DNA of 62,731 nucleotides, filler included, from Candidatus Rokuibacteriota bacterium (GTDB lineage Bacteria > JAUVQV01 > DATDCY01): NCBI GenBank assembly GCA_031406795.1. It is 4 parts of 4 records of this genome, joined end to end, with 100 filler letters (N's around TTAATTAATTAA, not from the genome) between each part and the next. Parts side by side here need not be neighbours in the genome. Positions count along the whole stretch, not along the records: positions 1 to 11,933 come from JANOHV010000255.1; 3 more parts are not named here. One strand, written 5' to 3'. Made by a program: the position numbers and the translations under genes. The notes under the pieces are model-generated. The model was not told the origin of the DNA and ran no database searches. It saw nothing but the letters and a program-made list of their open reading frames with translations. Below are positions 1 through 9,631 of this stretch, piece after piece; position 1 is the first letter of the stretch, and each line of letters opens with the position of its first letter.

Positions 1-270
1 CGCCTGCTCTTCGACCAGGACGCCCCAGGCGCCGCGCCGCAGCGCATCACCGACGAAGCGGTGGCCGTCGAGCACGACCCGCACCGGCTGCTCGCGCGGA
101 CCGGCCAGCGCGACGAACAACTCGCCGCGGGCGAGCGTGCGGCTGTCCGTCGAGACGCCCCCGGCCGCCGACCCTGCGGTCGGGCAGGCCCGCACCACTC
201 CGGCCGTTGCCGCGAGCACGTCCGTCACGGCGAACCGCGCTGCCGTCGCGGGCAACGTCACCGCGGACAT
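1..270 (-). CDS. murF: MurF, N-terminal part (truncated by window edge)
   Basis: Not in the ORF track. ATG at 270 after GGAGG reads MSAVTLP...GVSTDSRTLARGELFVALAG...DGHRFV, a Mur-ligase N-domain motif; follows murE. Confidence 0.85.
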   Translation of the reverse strand, partial: MSAVTLPATAARFAVTDVLAATAGVVRACPTAGSAAGGVSTDSRTLARGELFVALAGPREQPVRVVLDGHRFVGDALRRGAWGVLVEEQA

Positions 271-1742
271 CGGACCTCCTCGAGCGCGCGCCGCGCTTCT
301 TCACGGTCGGAAAATTGCCGGATCGCTCCGCCGACGATCTGGGTGTCCTCGTGACCCTTCCCCGCGATCAGCACCAGGTCCCCCGCGTCGCTCTCGCGAA
401 TCGCGGCGCGAATCGCCGCGCGCCGGTCCACGATCACCTGCAGCGCGGCCGCGCCCCCGCTCGCCCTGGCCCCCGCGGTGATCTGTTCCAGGATCGCCGA
501 AGGCTCCTCGCTGCGCGGGTTGTCGCTGGTGAGATACACGCGGTCCGCGAGCCTCGCGGCCGCGGCCCCCATCAGCGGCCGCTTCCCGCGGTCGCGGTCC
601 CCGCCGCAGCCGAGCACGACCGCGAGCCGTCCTGCGCAGAGGCTTCGCGCGACCCGCAGGGCGTTCTCCACCGCCTCCGGAGTGTGCGCGAAGTCCACCA
701 GCACCAGCGGCCCGGTTGCGGAGCCGACGCGCTCGAAACGCCCCGGCACCAGCGCGCAGGCCGCCACTCCCGTCTGCACCGCATCCCAGGACAGGTTGAG
801 CGCCCGCGCCGCGGCGGCGGCGGCGAGGATGTTCGCGACATTGTGCCCGCCGAGCAGGGGGGACGCGATCGGGAGGCGACGGCCCTCGGCTGCGATGACG
901 AAGCGCAGGCCGGCGGCGTCGGCGACGATGTCGACGGCGCGCACCGCCGCCGCTTCGCCCCGTCCATAGGTGACGACCCGGCCGGCGGCCGCCGCGACCA
1001 GGCGGGCGCCGAAGGGGTCGTCGATGTTGATCACGCTCACCCCCGGGGCGAACTCGCTGAAAAGCCGCGCCTTGGCCGCGCCGTACGTCTCGAGATCGTG
1101 GTGGAAATCGAGATGATCGCGGCCGAGGTTCGTGAAGACGGCGACGGCGAAGCGGCAGCCGATCAGCCGGTCGAGTTCGAGCGCGTGCGAGGAGGCCTCG
1201 AGCGCGGCGATCTGGACGCCATCAGAAACCATCTCGCGCAGCAGTCCCTGCAATTCGGGCGCCTCCGGCGTGGTGTTGGCCGCCGGGCATTCCCGCGCTC
1301 CCCAGCGGCAGAGAATGGTCCCGATCACCCCGGGAACTTGCCCCGCGGCGCTGACGATCGCCTCGAGAATCCAGGTGACGGTGGTCTTGCCGTTCGTCCC
1401 CGTGACCCCGACAAGCTGGAGGTCCCCCGTCGGGTGGTCGAAGAAACGGTCCGCCATCGCCCCGAGCGCGCGGCGCAGGTTCGCCGCCTCCACGAGGGCG
1501 ACTCCCGGGGGCGCGTCGGCGCCCTGCCCCGCTTCGACGAGCGCCGCCACCGCGCCGGCGGCCGCCGCGGCGCCGAGGAAACGGTGACCGTCGGCCTGCC
1601 GTCCGGCGAGCGCGGCGAACAGCGCGCCGGGGCGCACCGCCCGCGAATCGGTGGCGATTGCGCTGATGCCGGTCTGCGGCGCACCGCGCACGATACGCGC
1701 CGTCCCGCCGGCGGCCGCGACAAGCTCGCCGAGGCTCTTCAT
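258..1742 (-). CDS. murE: UDP-MurNAc-tripeptide synthetase MurE
   Basis: GTNGKTT P-loop, NTTP, EASSH, DHLDFH, DFAHTP and DNPR (meso-DAP specificity) motifs. Confidence 0.96.
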   Translation of the reverse strand: MKSLGELVAAAGGTARIVRGAPQTGISAIATDSRAVRPGALFAALAGRQADGHRFLGAAAAAGAVAALVEAGQGADAPPGVALVEAANLRRALGAMADRFFDHPTGDLQLVGVTGTNGKTTVTWILEAIVSAAGQVPGVIGTILCRWGARECPAANTTPEAPELQGLLREMVSDGVQIAALEASSHALELDRLIGCRFAVAVFTNLGRDHLDFHHDLETYGAAKARLFSEFAPGVSVINIDDPFGARLVAAAAGRVVTYGRGEAAAVRAVDIVADAAGLRFVIAAEGRRLPIASPLLGGHNVANILAAAAAARALNLSWDAVQTGVAACALVPGRFERVGSATGPLVLVDFAHTPEAVENALRVARSLCAGRLAVVLGCGGDRDRGKRPLMGAAAARLADRVYLTSDNPRSEEPSAILEQITAGARASGGAAALQVIVDRRAAIRAAIRESDAGDLVLIAGKGHEDTQIVGGAIRQFSDREEARRALEEVRCPR

Positions 1743-3484
1743 TCCCCGGCCTCCGGGAAAGCCCGCACGAGGAGCACCTGCTCGCGCGCCTCGGTGGGCA
1801 CATTGAGGTAGCGCAGCGTCCGCTGCACGACTTTCTGGAAGACCGGGCCCGCCACGCTGCCGCCGTAGTTCGCGCCCTTCGGTTCGTCGATCATGACCAG
1901 GACCACCAGCCGCGGGTCGCGCGCCGGGGCCACCCCGATGAACGACGCAAGGTACTTGTGCGACGAGTAGGTTTTCAGCAGCGGGTCGTACTTCTGTGCC
2001 GTGCCGGTCTTGCCCCCGATGGCGTAGCCTTCGACGGCGGCGGCCTTGCCGGTCCCCTCCTCGACGACGTGCACGAGGGTCTCGACGACCTGACGGCTGG
2101 TCTCGGCGGAGATCACCTGCCGCACCTTCTGCGGCTCGAAGCTCTTGAGCACCACCCCCTCCGGGCTCACCAGCTCACGCGCGACGCGGGGTCGCCAGAG
2201 CACTCCGCCGTTCACCGCGGCCGCAAACGCCGTCGCCATCTGCACCGGCGTCACGGAAATCTCCTGGCCGATGGCGACCGAGGCGATCGAGCGCCCCGAC
2301 CACCGGGACACCGGCCGCAACATGCCGATGGCCTCCCCGGGCAGGTCGATCCCGGTCTTGTCGCCGAAGCCGAAGGCCTTGAGGTACTGGTGGTATTTTT
2401 CCGCACCGACGCGCATGGCGATCTTTGTCGAACCGATGTTGCTCGACTTGCCGATGATGTCGTTCACGGCGAGCACGCCGTAGGGGTGCACGTCGTGGAG
2501 CGCCCCGCCCTGGAACGGCATGGAGCCGTTCTCGCAGTTGAACAAGGTCTCGCGGGTCACCACCCGCTCCTCGAGCGCCGCGGAGAGCAGGAAGGTCTTC
2601 ATGATCGAGCCCGGTTCGAGCGCGTCGCCGATGCTGCGGTTGCGCAGCGCAGCCTGGGTGCAGGCGGCCGGCTCGTTCGGGTTGAAGAACGGGACGTTGG
2701 CCATCGCGAGAACCTCGCCGCTGCGCGGGTCGAGCACGACGATGCTGCCGCCGGCGGCCCGGGCCGACTCGACGCCGCGCCCGAGTTCCTCCTGCGCGAT
2801 GAACTGGATGACTTCATCGAGCGTGAGCCGCAGCTCGTCCCCCTCGCGCAGCGCTTCCAGCGGCGGTCCGGAAACCATGATGTCCTTGCCGAAGGCGTCC
2901 TGCTCGGCCATGACGACGACTGCCGCGCGCGCGAGATCCCGGTCATACCCCAGCTCGAGCCCGGAGAGCCCCTGGCTATCCATCCCGGCGATGCCCAGGA
3001 CCTGCGCGCCGAACTCGCGCTGCGGGTAGAAGCGGCGGTTTTCCTTCCTGAACCCCACACCCTGCCAGCCCATCGCGGCGATGCCGCTCGAAACCGCCGG
3101 GGAGACCCGCCGCTCGAGCCAGACGAACGGCCGCTTCTTCTCGAGCTCCCGCGTGTACCGGGCTGCATTCTTGCCGGTGGCGGCCGCGAGGCGCTGGGCG
3201 ACGGCCCGCTTGTCGACGATCTGCGCGGGGACGCCGTAGACCGAGTCGACCTCGACGTCGACCGCCAGGCGCCGCCCCGCCCGGTCCGCGATGATGCCGC
3301 GCTTGGGGAGAAACTGGATTTCCTCGGCGAGTTGCTCGGCGGCCCGCGCGGAAAGCCGCTGATGCCCCGTCACCTGCAGCGAGAAGAGCCGGCCGATGAT
3401 GGCCGCGGCGACCAGCACGAGGCACCCGGTGATCAGCAAGATCCGGCTTCTGACCTGCCGGCGCAGCTGCCGCTCCATCGCCAT
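1739..3484 (-). CDS. ftsI: Penicillin-binding protein 3 / FtsI
   Basis: N-terminal TM, RGIIADR, EPGSIMK (SxxK), SSN, KTGTAQK motifs; dcw position. Confidence 0.93.
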   Translation of the reverse strand: MAMERQLRRQVRSRILLITGCLVLVAAAIIGRLFSLQVTGHQRLSARAAEQLAEEIQFLPKRGIIADRAGRRLAVDVEVDSVYGVPAQIVDKRAVAQRLAAATGKNAARYTRELEKKRPFVWLERRVSPAVSSGIAAMGWQGVGFRKENRRFYPQREFGAQVLGIAGMDSQGLSGLELGYDRDLARAAVVVMAEQDAFGKDIMVSGPPLEALREGDELRLTLDEVIQFIAQEELGRGVESARAAGGSIVVLDPRSGEVLAMANVPFFNPNEPAACTQAALRNRSIGDALEPGSIMKTFLLSAALEERVVTRETLFNCENGSMPFQGGALHDVHPYGVLAVNDIIGKSSNIGSTKIAMRVGAEKYHQYLKAFGFGDKTGIDLPGEAIGMLRPVSRWSGRSIASVAIGQEISVTPVQMATAFAAAVNGGVLWRPRVARELVSPEGVVLKSFEPQKVRQVISAETSRQVVETLVHVVEEGTGKAAAVEGYAIGGKTGTAQKYDPLLKTYSSHKYLASFIGVAPARDPRLVVLVMIDEPKGANYGGSVAGPVFQKVVQRTLRYLNVPTEAREQVLLVRAFPEAGE

Positions 3485-3493
3485 GGCGCTTCC

Positions 3494-3901
3494 CTAGTCC
3501 CGCCGCGCCGCAGTCAGCGGCAGCGGCGCCGCCTGGGCGAGCGGCACGCCGGCGCTCGCGCGCACCACGACCACCTGGCCCGCATCGGGAAAGACCATGC
3601 CCATGCGCCCGACAGCCTCTCGCTGAACGGTCGCCAGGTCTTGAATGCTCGCCAACTCCACCTCGAGACGCTCGCGCTCCGCCTTGACTTCGCGGAACCG
3701 GTTCTGGACGCGGTCGATCTCGTACCCCATCCGGATCACCTGGATGCCCTGCGTCACATAGAGCAGCAGTGAGCCGAGCAGGAACGAAGTCGCCAGCGCC
3801 CAGACGACCATCGCGCGCCGACTCAGGCGCGAACGCTCCCGGCGCACGCCGCCGTTGGTGATTTCGCTCCCGCACCACTCGCGCGGCAGGGCTTGGGGCA
3901 T
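3494..3901 (-). CDS. ftsL: Cell division protein FtsL
   Basis: Single TM followed by coiled coil and GMVFP; lies between rsmH and ftsI. Confidence 0.8.
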   Translation of the reverse strand: MPQALPREWCGSEITNGGVRRERSRLSRRAMVVWALATSFLLGSLLLYVTQGIQVIRMGYEIDRVQNRFREVKAERERLEVELASIQDLATVQREAVGRMGMVFPDAGQVVVVRASAGVPLAQAAPLPLTAARRD

Positions 3902-3916
3902 CCTCTTCCCTCTCTC

Positions 3917-4840
3917 TCAGGCGGCGCGGGCGATCGCCCGCAGTCGAGCCGAACGCGAACGTGGATTGCGCTGGAGTTCTTCGGCGCCCGGACGCTCGGG
4001 GCGCTTGGTGAGCACCGTGAATGCCCGGGGCCCCGCCGCCCGGCCGATGGGCGCCAGCGCGCGGAACGCCCGCTTTACGGCGCGGTCCTCGAGCGAGTGG
4101 TAGGCGATCACGCAGGCGCGGCCGCCGGGGGCCAGGATGGCGGGGAGCGCCGTCAGCAGCGCCGCGAGCGCCGCGAGTTCGCCGTTGACCGCAATCCGCA
4201 GCGCCTGGAACGTCAGCGTTGCCGGGTGGATGTGTCCACCCCGTGGTCCCCGGCCGCCGACGGCCCCGGCGACGGCGTTGGCCAGCTGCTGCGTCGTCAA
4301 TACGCCACCGCGCCCGCGCTCGTTGCAGATGGCGCGGGCGATGCGCCGGGATTTCCGCTCCTCCCCGTACAGGTAGATGATGTCCGCAAGCTCTTCCTCG
4401 CTCGCCGTCGCAAGCAACTCGAGGGCCGTGCCCGGCTCGCCGCGGTCCATGCGCATGTCGAGCGGAGCGTCGGAGCGGAAGGAAAAGCCCCGCTCTGGCA
4501 GGTCAAGCTGCAGTGACGAGAGTCCGAGATCGACCAGCAGCCCATCCACCGGCCCCCTCCCCGCGTTCGCCAGAATCGCTTCCACATCACCGAAATTGCC
4601 GTGCACCAGTTCGAACCTTCCCGCATAGGGCGCCAGCCGCGCCGCCGCCAGGCCCAGGATTTCCGTGTCGCGGTCGATGCCGAGCAGGAAACCGTCCGGC
4701 GAACTGCGCTCCAGCAGGACCGCCGCGTGCCCCCCCGCGCCGAGCGTGGCGTCCACCCAGAAACCGCCGGACCGGCAGCCGAGCGCGTTCACCGCCTCGG
4801 CGACCATGACCGGCTCGTGGACCGCGGCCGCCGGCTCCAT
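3917..4840 (-). CDS. rsmH: 16S rRNA m4C1402 methyltransferase
   Basis: HEPVM, DATLGAGGH, DLGLSS, PLDMRMD, HSLEDR and NPRSRSARLR motifs. Confidence 0.97.
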   Translation of the reverse strand: MEPAAAVHEPVMVAEAVNALGCRSGGFWVDATLGAGGHAAVLLERSSPDGFLLGIDRDTEILGLAAARLAPYAGRFELVHGNFGDVEAILANAGRGPVDGLLVDLGLSSLQLDLPERGFSFRSDAPLDMRMDRGEPGTALELLATASEEELADIIYLYGEERKSRRIARAICNERGRGGVLTTQQLANAVAGAVGGRGPRGGHIHPATLTFQALRIAVNGELAALAALLTALPAILAPGGRACVIAYHSLEDRAVKRAFRALAPIGRAAGPRAFTVLTKRPERPGAEELQRNPRSRSARLRAIARAA

Positions 4841-5281
4841 CTACAGCCCGAACTCGGAGAGCTTCGCCGCGATGGCTTCGAAGTTCTCCGTCGACTGCTG
4901 GTAGAAACTGTCCCACCGCGCCTTGCTCCAGACTTCGATGCGATTGGCGACGCCCAGCAGAACGACGTCTTTTTCCAGCCCCGCGTCCTCGCGCAGTGTC
5001 GGCGGGATCAGGATGCGCCCCTGCCGATCGACCGGGCACTCCTGCGCGCCGGAGAAGAAGTAACGCGTGAAAGCGCGCACGTCCTTCTGGAGCATGGAAA
5101 GCCCGCGGACTTTTTCCTCGAGCAATTCCCATTCGTCCGAAGGGAAGCCGGCGAGGCAATTGTCGAAATTCGTCAGGATCAGCGTCTCTTCGCGGTGTTG
5201 GGCGAGTAGTTCACGAAAGCGGGAGGGGACACTCAGTCGTCCCTTGGCGTCCAGCGTGTGCAGGTAGCGTCCCTTGAACAT
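4841..5281 (-). CDS. mraZ: Transcriptional regulator MraZ
   Basis: Two DxxGR repeats (DAKGR, DRQGR); first gene of the dcw cluster. Confidence 0.96.
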   Translation of the reverse strand: MFKGRYLHTLDAKGRLSVPSRFRELLAQHREETLILTNFDNCLAGFPSDEWELLEEKVRGLSMLQKDVRAFTRYFFSGAQECPVDRQGRILIPPTLREDAGLEKDVVLLGVANRIEVWSKARWDSFYQQSTENFEAIAAKLSEFGL

Positions 5282-5307
5282 GACCTTCCTCCGGGCTGGG
5301 CGGGCAT

Positions 5308-5332
5308 CCCACTAATCCCCACCTTATCCCAC
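5308..5332 (-). promoter_or_regulatory. MraZ-binding boxes (3 x GTGGG at 10-bp period)
   Basis: CCCAC at 5308, 5318 and 5328 on + strand, between the promoter and the mraZ start; matches the known MraZ operator layout. Confidence 0.85.
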
Positions 5333-5339
5333 TTCCCGA

Positions 5340-5368
5340 AGTGTAGTGCACGCGCACAGGCGTGTCAA
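5340..5368 (-). promoter_or_regulatory. sigma70 promoter of dcw operon
   Basis: TTGACA (5368-5363), 17 bp, TACACT (5345-5340). Confidence 0.75.
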
Positions 5369-5508
5369 GAAGAAAAATGATCCTGTAACACACTGATTAT
5401 TATGGATTACTTATTTGCAAGTGCCAAGTGGGGCACTTATTACGGCACTACTCTATGTCACAGCTGAATAAATATTCTTTAGCCTGATATTACACCTGTT
5501 CCCGTTAC

Positions 5509-5624
5509 GCCGATGAAAAGTGCATCTGCGGCGCTGGGCTTCGGGGTGGCGTGGAGGGGAGGTCTCCATCGGCGGAACGAGCACGATGGAGGTCCGCAGC
5601 GACAGGACCCCGCAGCCCGCACGG
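5509..5624 (+). repeat. Dispersed structured repeat family A, copy 1 (fused to a MITE left end)
   Basis: GGGGTGGCGTGGAGGGGAGGTCTCC...GATGGAGGTCCGCAGCG..CAGGACCCCGCAGCCCGCACGG recurs at 9501, 42830 and 60045(-). 5509-5548 resembles the MITE at 42625. Confidence 0.85.
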
Positions 5625-5663
5625 GCTATGGGGTCACCGAGAACAAAGGTTGTTGGAGTTATG

Positions 5664-6020
5664 TCAGCTGAGTTTTGTTATGCGATTGTGCTCGTCGACG
5701 AGCGCCACGCGCGGCAGGAAGCCGGGCAGTTCGGCATCCGCAAGAAGCGCGTAATTCGCGACGATGATCTTGTGGCCAATCTCCACCAGGTGGGCCGCAG
5801 CGCCGTTCACGCAGATGGTGCCCGTTCCCCGGGGACCGGCGATCGTGTAGGTCTCGAATCGCTGGCCTTGAGTGACGTTGTACACCTGGATCTGCTCGTG
5901 GGGCAGCAGACCCACCGCGTCCATGAGATCCTGGTCAATCGTCAACGAGCCTTCGTAGTCGAGGCACTTGTCGGTGACCGTTGCGCGGTGGATCTTGGCT
6001 CTGAGCATGATCCGCATCAT
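5664..6020 (-). CDS. panD: Aspartate 1-decarboxylase
   Basis: KIHRATVT, YEGS self-cleavage site, RFETY, NGAAA. Confidence 0.96.
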   Translation of the reverse strand: MMRIMLRAKIHRATVTDKCLDYEGSLTIDQDLMDAVGLLPHEQIQVYNVTQGQRFETYTIAGPRGTGTICVNGAAAHLVEIGHKIIVANYALLADAELPGFLPRVALVDEHNRITKLS

Positions 6021-7213
6021 CGATGGGCGGTCCCCTTCCCTGCAGTCGCCTTGCCCTTTACCGCAGGAACCGCCGCGGACTTCACCACGGGCTTCACCAC
6101 GGGCTTCATCACCGGCTTGGCGACCGGCATTGCCGCAGCCCCGGCACCCGGTTTGCCCGCGGGTTTCGCCGCGGGCTTCGCCGCCGGCTTGACCGTCGGC
6201 TTGACCGCCAGCTTCTCTGCGGAATCCGCCGCGGGCTTCGCTGCAGGTTTCGGCGTGGCCTGGGCCACCGTCTGCGAGCCGACACCCTCGGGCTTAGCCG
6301 CGGCGGGGGCCTTCGCCGGCTTCTTCAGATCGGCGCGCTGACTCAGTTCGCGCAAGTCAAAGAGCGTGTTGTCGATCAGGCGGGCGCGCCCGATGCGCAC
6401 CGCCAGCGCGACGAGGGTGCGGACCTCGATGGTGTCCAATTCGTGCAGCGTCTCCGGATGGCAGATCGAGATGTATTCGATCTCCGCACCCGGCTGGGCG
6501 CGGATCACTTCGCGCAGGTTCGAGGCGACCTTCGCCGCCGAACGCTCGCCCTTGGCCATGATCCGGGCGGCGACGTGCAGTGCCTGCTGCAGCGTCAGCG
6601 CCGCCGGTCGCTGTTCTGGGGTGAGATAGGCGTTGCGCGACGAGAGCGCCAGGCCGTCGGCCTCGCGCACGGTGGGCACGTCGAAGATCTCGACCTCGAA
6701 ATTCAGGTCGCGGGCCATCCGGCGCACGATCAGCAGCTGCTGGTAGTCCTTCTGGCCGAACCAGGCATGGTGCGGCTGGACGATCGCGAAGAGCTTGGCG
6801 ACCACGGTGGCCACGCCACGGAAATGCGTCGGACGCGCCCGGCCGCAGAGCCGCTGCGAAAGGTCGTCGACATCGACGTGCGTGCGGTGGCCGGGGGGGT
6901 AGATCTCGGAAGCGTCGGGGGTGAACACGGCTGCGACGCCGAGCTCCTGAAGCTTGGCGATGTCCCCGGCCAGATCGCGCGGATAGGCCGAGAGGTCCTC
7001 GCGCGGCCCGAATTGAAGGGGGTTGACGAAGATGCTGACGACGACCGTATCCGCCTTCTGGCGCGCCGCTCCGACGAGCGCGAGATGCCCCGCGTGAAGC
7101 GCACCCATCGTCGGCACCAGGGCGATCCTGGCCCCGCGCTTGCGGGCATCGGCGCTGAAACGGCGCATCTCGGCGATGCTCTTGACGACCTTAACCGTAG
7201 CTGTGTTCTTCAT
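6017..7213 (-). CDS. panC: Pantoate-beta-alanine ligase with Lys/Pro/Ala-rich C-terminal tail
   Basis: [46 protein letters not shown]; start taken at MKNTATV. Confidence 0.95.
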   Translation of the reverse strand: MKNTATVKVVKSIAEMRRFSADARKRGARIALVPTMGALHAGHLALVGAARQKADTVVVSIFVNPLQFGPREDLSAYPRDLAGDIAKLQELGVAAVFTPDASEIYPPGHRTHVDVDDLSQRLCGRARPTHFRGVATVVAKLFAIVQPHHAWFGQKDYQQLLIVRRMARDLNFEVEIFDVPTVREADGLALSSRNAYLTPEQRPAALTLQQALHVAARIMAKGERSAAKVASNLREVIRAQPGAEIEYISICHPETLHELDTIEVRTLVALAVRIGRARLIDNTLFDLRELSQRADLKKPAKAPAAAKPEGVGSQTVAQATPKPAAKPAADSAEKLAVKPTVKPAAKPAAKPAGKPGAGAAAMPVAKPVMKPVVKPVVKSAAVPAVKGKATAGKGTAHR

Positions 7214-8021
7214 CAGGAAAGAGCCCTCCCCGTACCTCATCGCAGAACTGCCGCACTGCCCGGCCCGCCTCGTCGCCGCAGGCGGCGTACCTCTTCACAA
7301 ACTTCGGCCGGTGCCCGCCCCAGAGCCCCAACAGATCGTGGAGCACGAGCACCTGACCGCCGCACTCCGGTCCGGCGCCGATGCCGATCGTCGGCACGCC
7401 GAGGGCGGCGGTGACGCGCGCCGCCAGCTGCCGCGGCACCCCCTCGAGAACGACGCCGAACGCGCCGGCCTCCTCGAGGGCGCGGGCGCCGTCGATGATC
7501 TCGCGCGCCCGGTCCTCGTCGCGTCCCTGCACCCGGTAGCCGCCCATGGCGTGCACCGACTGCGGCGTCAAGCCGACGTGACCGAGTACGGGCACCCCCA
7601 TGGCGACGATCGACGCCACAGTTGCGGCGATTTCCGCCCCGCCCTCGAGCTTCACCGCCGCCGCGCCGCCCTGCTGGAGAAACCGCCCGGCATTGCGCCG
7701 CGCCTCCTCGGCGCTGATCTGGTAGGAGAGAAAGGGCATGTCGGCGACGACCAGCGCGCGGCGCGTGCCGCGGGCGACCGCCCGCGTGAACACGAGCATG
7801 TCGTCCATCGTGACGGGCAGCGTGCTGTCGAGGCCCAGGGCCACGATCCCGAGCGAGTCACCGACGAGCACGATGTCGACGCCGGCGTCGTCGGCGATCC
7901 GCGCGAGAGAATAGTCGGTCGCGGTAACCATGACGAGCCGCTCGCCGGCGGATTTCTTCGCGCGAAGCGTGGCGATCGTGACCTTCTCAGCGTTCATGCC
8001 GCCCCCCGTTCCCGCGGTCAT
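7191..8021 (-). CDS. panB: 3-methyl-2-oxobutanoate hydroxymethyltransferase
   Basis: [38 protein letters not shown]. Confidence 0.96.
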   Translation of the reverse strand: MTAGTGGGMNAEKVTIATLRAKKSAGERLVMVTATDYSLARIADDAGVDIVLVGDSLGIVALGLDSTLPVTMDDMLVFTRAVARGTRRALVVADMPFLSYQISAEEARRNAGRFLQQGGAAAVKLEGGAEIAATVASIVAMGVPVLGHVGLTPQSVHAMGGYRVQGRDEDRAREIIDGARALEEAGAFGVVLEGVPRQLAARVTAALGVPTIGIGAGPECGGQVLVLHDLLGLWGGHRPKFVKRYAACGDEAGRAVRQFCDEVRGGLFPDEEHSYG

Positions 8022-8668
8022 CTCTTCCCGACCGAGCGCGGCGGCGTGTAGTACTCGGTGCCGCGCTTGGCGCGCAGAATCTGGTTCGCCAGGTCGTCGA
8101 GATCGACCGGGTTCTGCACGAAATCGATCACGTTGGTGTAGATGACCAGCAGGGGCGTCGCTGAATAGTGGAAGAAGAAGTAGTTGTACGCCTGGTTGAG
8201 TTCCTCGAGATATTGCCGCGAAAGGTGCTTCTCATACGCGCGGTTGCGCCGGGCGATGCGCTCCACGAGAACTTCCGTGCTCGCCTGCAGATAGATCACG
8301 ACGTCCGGCACCGTGATCCGGGTCTTGAGCAGCCCGTAGATCTGCTCGTAGAGGGCCAGTTCGTTGTCGTCGAGGTTCAGATAGGCGAAGATCCGGTCGC
8401 GGTCGAAGAGATAGTCGGCGACGATGAACTGCTGGAACAGGTCCTGCTGGGCCAGCTCCTGCTGCTGGCGAAACCGGGAGAGCAGGAAGAACAGCTGGGT
8501 CTGGAAGGCATGCCGCTTCTTGTCGTCGTAGAACTGCGGCAGGAAGGGGTTCTCATCAGCCGCCTCGAGAATCTTCTTGGCTGAAAAGCGCTTGGCCAGC
8601 AAATTGACGAGGCTCGTCTTGCCGACGCCGATGGGCCCTTCGATGACGATGTACTTGCCCTTCTCCAT
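8018..8668 (-). CDS. Deoxynucleoside kinase family protein
   Basis: [11 protein letters not shown]-loop, [12 protein letters not shown]; common folK-dNK-panB context. Confidence 0.9.
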   Translation of the reverse strand: MEKGKYIVIEGPIGVGKTSLVNLLAKRFSAKKILEAADENPFLPQFYDDKKRHAFQTQLFFLLSRFRQQQELAQQDLFQQFIVADYLFDRDRIFAYLNLDDNELALYEQIYGLLKTRITVPDVVIYLQASTEVLVERIARRNRAYEKHLSRQYLEELNQAYNYFFFHYSATPLLVIYTNVIDFVQNPVDLDDLANQILRAKRGTEYYTPPRSVGKR

Positions 8669-8700
8669 CGGCGACGAACTCACACCCATCCTCCCCGGCA

Positions 8701-9276
8701 CTACCGGTCAAACGTCACCCAGGCGCCCCAGGGCCTGACGCGCTCGCCGGACCCGAGCCCGGCAGCGATGTTCGACACCGCGCGCCGCAGACCCGGGTGA
8801 AGCACCCGGCCCGCAATCTCGGCAAGCGGTTCGAGCACGAACCGCCGGTTGTGCATCCTCGGGTGCGGGACGATCAACCCGCTCTCGTGGACCAACCTCT
8901 GCCCATAGAGCACCACGTCGATGTCGATGCGCCGGGGACCGTTGCGGAACGGGGTGCTCTTCCCCATTCGCACTTCGATCTTCTCGAGGCGATCGAGCAG
9001 GTCCCGTGGACCCAGGAGCGTCCTCAACTCCAGAACCCCATTTATGAATTTCCGTTGCGCAGTATAGCCCACTGGCGTTGTGGTGTAAAGGAGCGAGGCC
9101 CGGACGACCCTGATTCCGGGTTCCCGGGCGATTAAATCGAGTGCTATGCGGAGATTACCAGGCCGTCTGCCGACATTCGACCCAAGGGAGAGAAAGACGC
9201 GTTCCCGCCCGGTTCCCGGACGGCAACCGTCACCTCCCCGACATCCCACCGACGATGCGGCCGCTTTTCCGGACAT
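8701..9276 (-). CDS. folK: 2-amino-4-hydroxy-6-hydroxymethyldihydropteridine pyrophosphokinase
   Basis: SLGSN, GPRRIDID, PHPRM..RRFVLEPL motifs. Confidence 0.93.
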   Translation of the reverse strand: MSGKAAASSVGCRGGDGCRPGTGRERVFLSLGSNVGRRPGNLRIALDLIAREPGIRVVRASLLYTTTPVGYTAQRKFINGVLELRTLLGPRDLLDRLEKIEVRMGKSTPFRNGPRRIDIDVVLYGQRLVHESGLIVPHPRMHNRRFVLEPLAEIAGRVLHPGLRRAVSNIAAGLGSGERVRPWGAWVTFDR

Positions 9277-9500
9277 TGGAATATTCTAACACCTTGTTTT
9301 AAAATACATATAATCTTCTCTGCCCATACCTCGCCCCTCAGTCAACCGGGCAGGGCTTCCTTGTTAAAACTAAGGGCATCCGAATACGGACAGGGCTTGT
9401 CGCTTTCGGCACATGGGCGACGCTCCTCGTTCGGCGAATAGTCGCCCCTGCTCCAGTCAGGTCGGTCAAGTTGCGCGATCCTCCGGGCGGCAAGGTCGAA

Positions 9501-9608
9501 GGGGTGGCGCGGAGGGGAGGCCTCCGTCGGCGCACCGCAGGGAGTACCCGCTCGGGGGGCATAAACACGATGGAGGTCAGCAGCGTCAGGACCCCGCAGC
9601 CTGCACGG
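9501..9608 (+). repeat. Repeat family A, copy 2
   Basis: Same termini as copies 1, 3 and 4, with a longer internal loop. Confidence 0.85.
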
Positions 9609-9631
9609 TAACGACGGGCCCTGACGACGTG

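Noticed and set aside
1-40. Apparent frameshift in murF near the window edge
   Set aside because: Falls in the last bases of the window; more likely sequence error than pseudogenisation of an essential gene.
207-3772. Long antisense/alternate-frame ORFs (also 12610-15081, 16914-20285, 28752-31880, 46540-48744, 48866-51076, 60858-62606)
   Set aside because: Shadow ORFs of high-GC coding sequence overlapping well-supported genes; no motifs.
8018-9276. dNK inside the folK-panBCD cluster
   Set aside because: A common, known arrangement.
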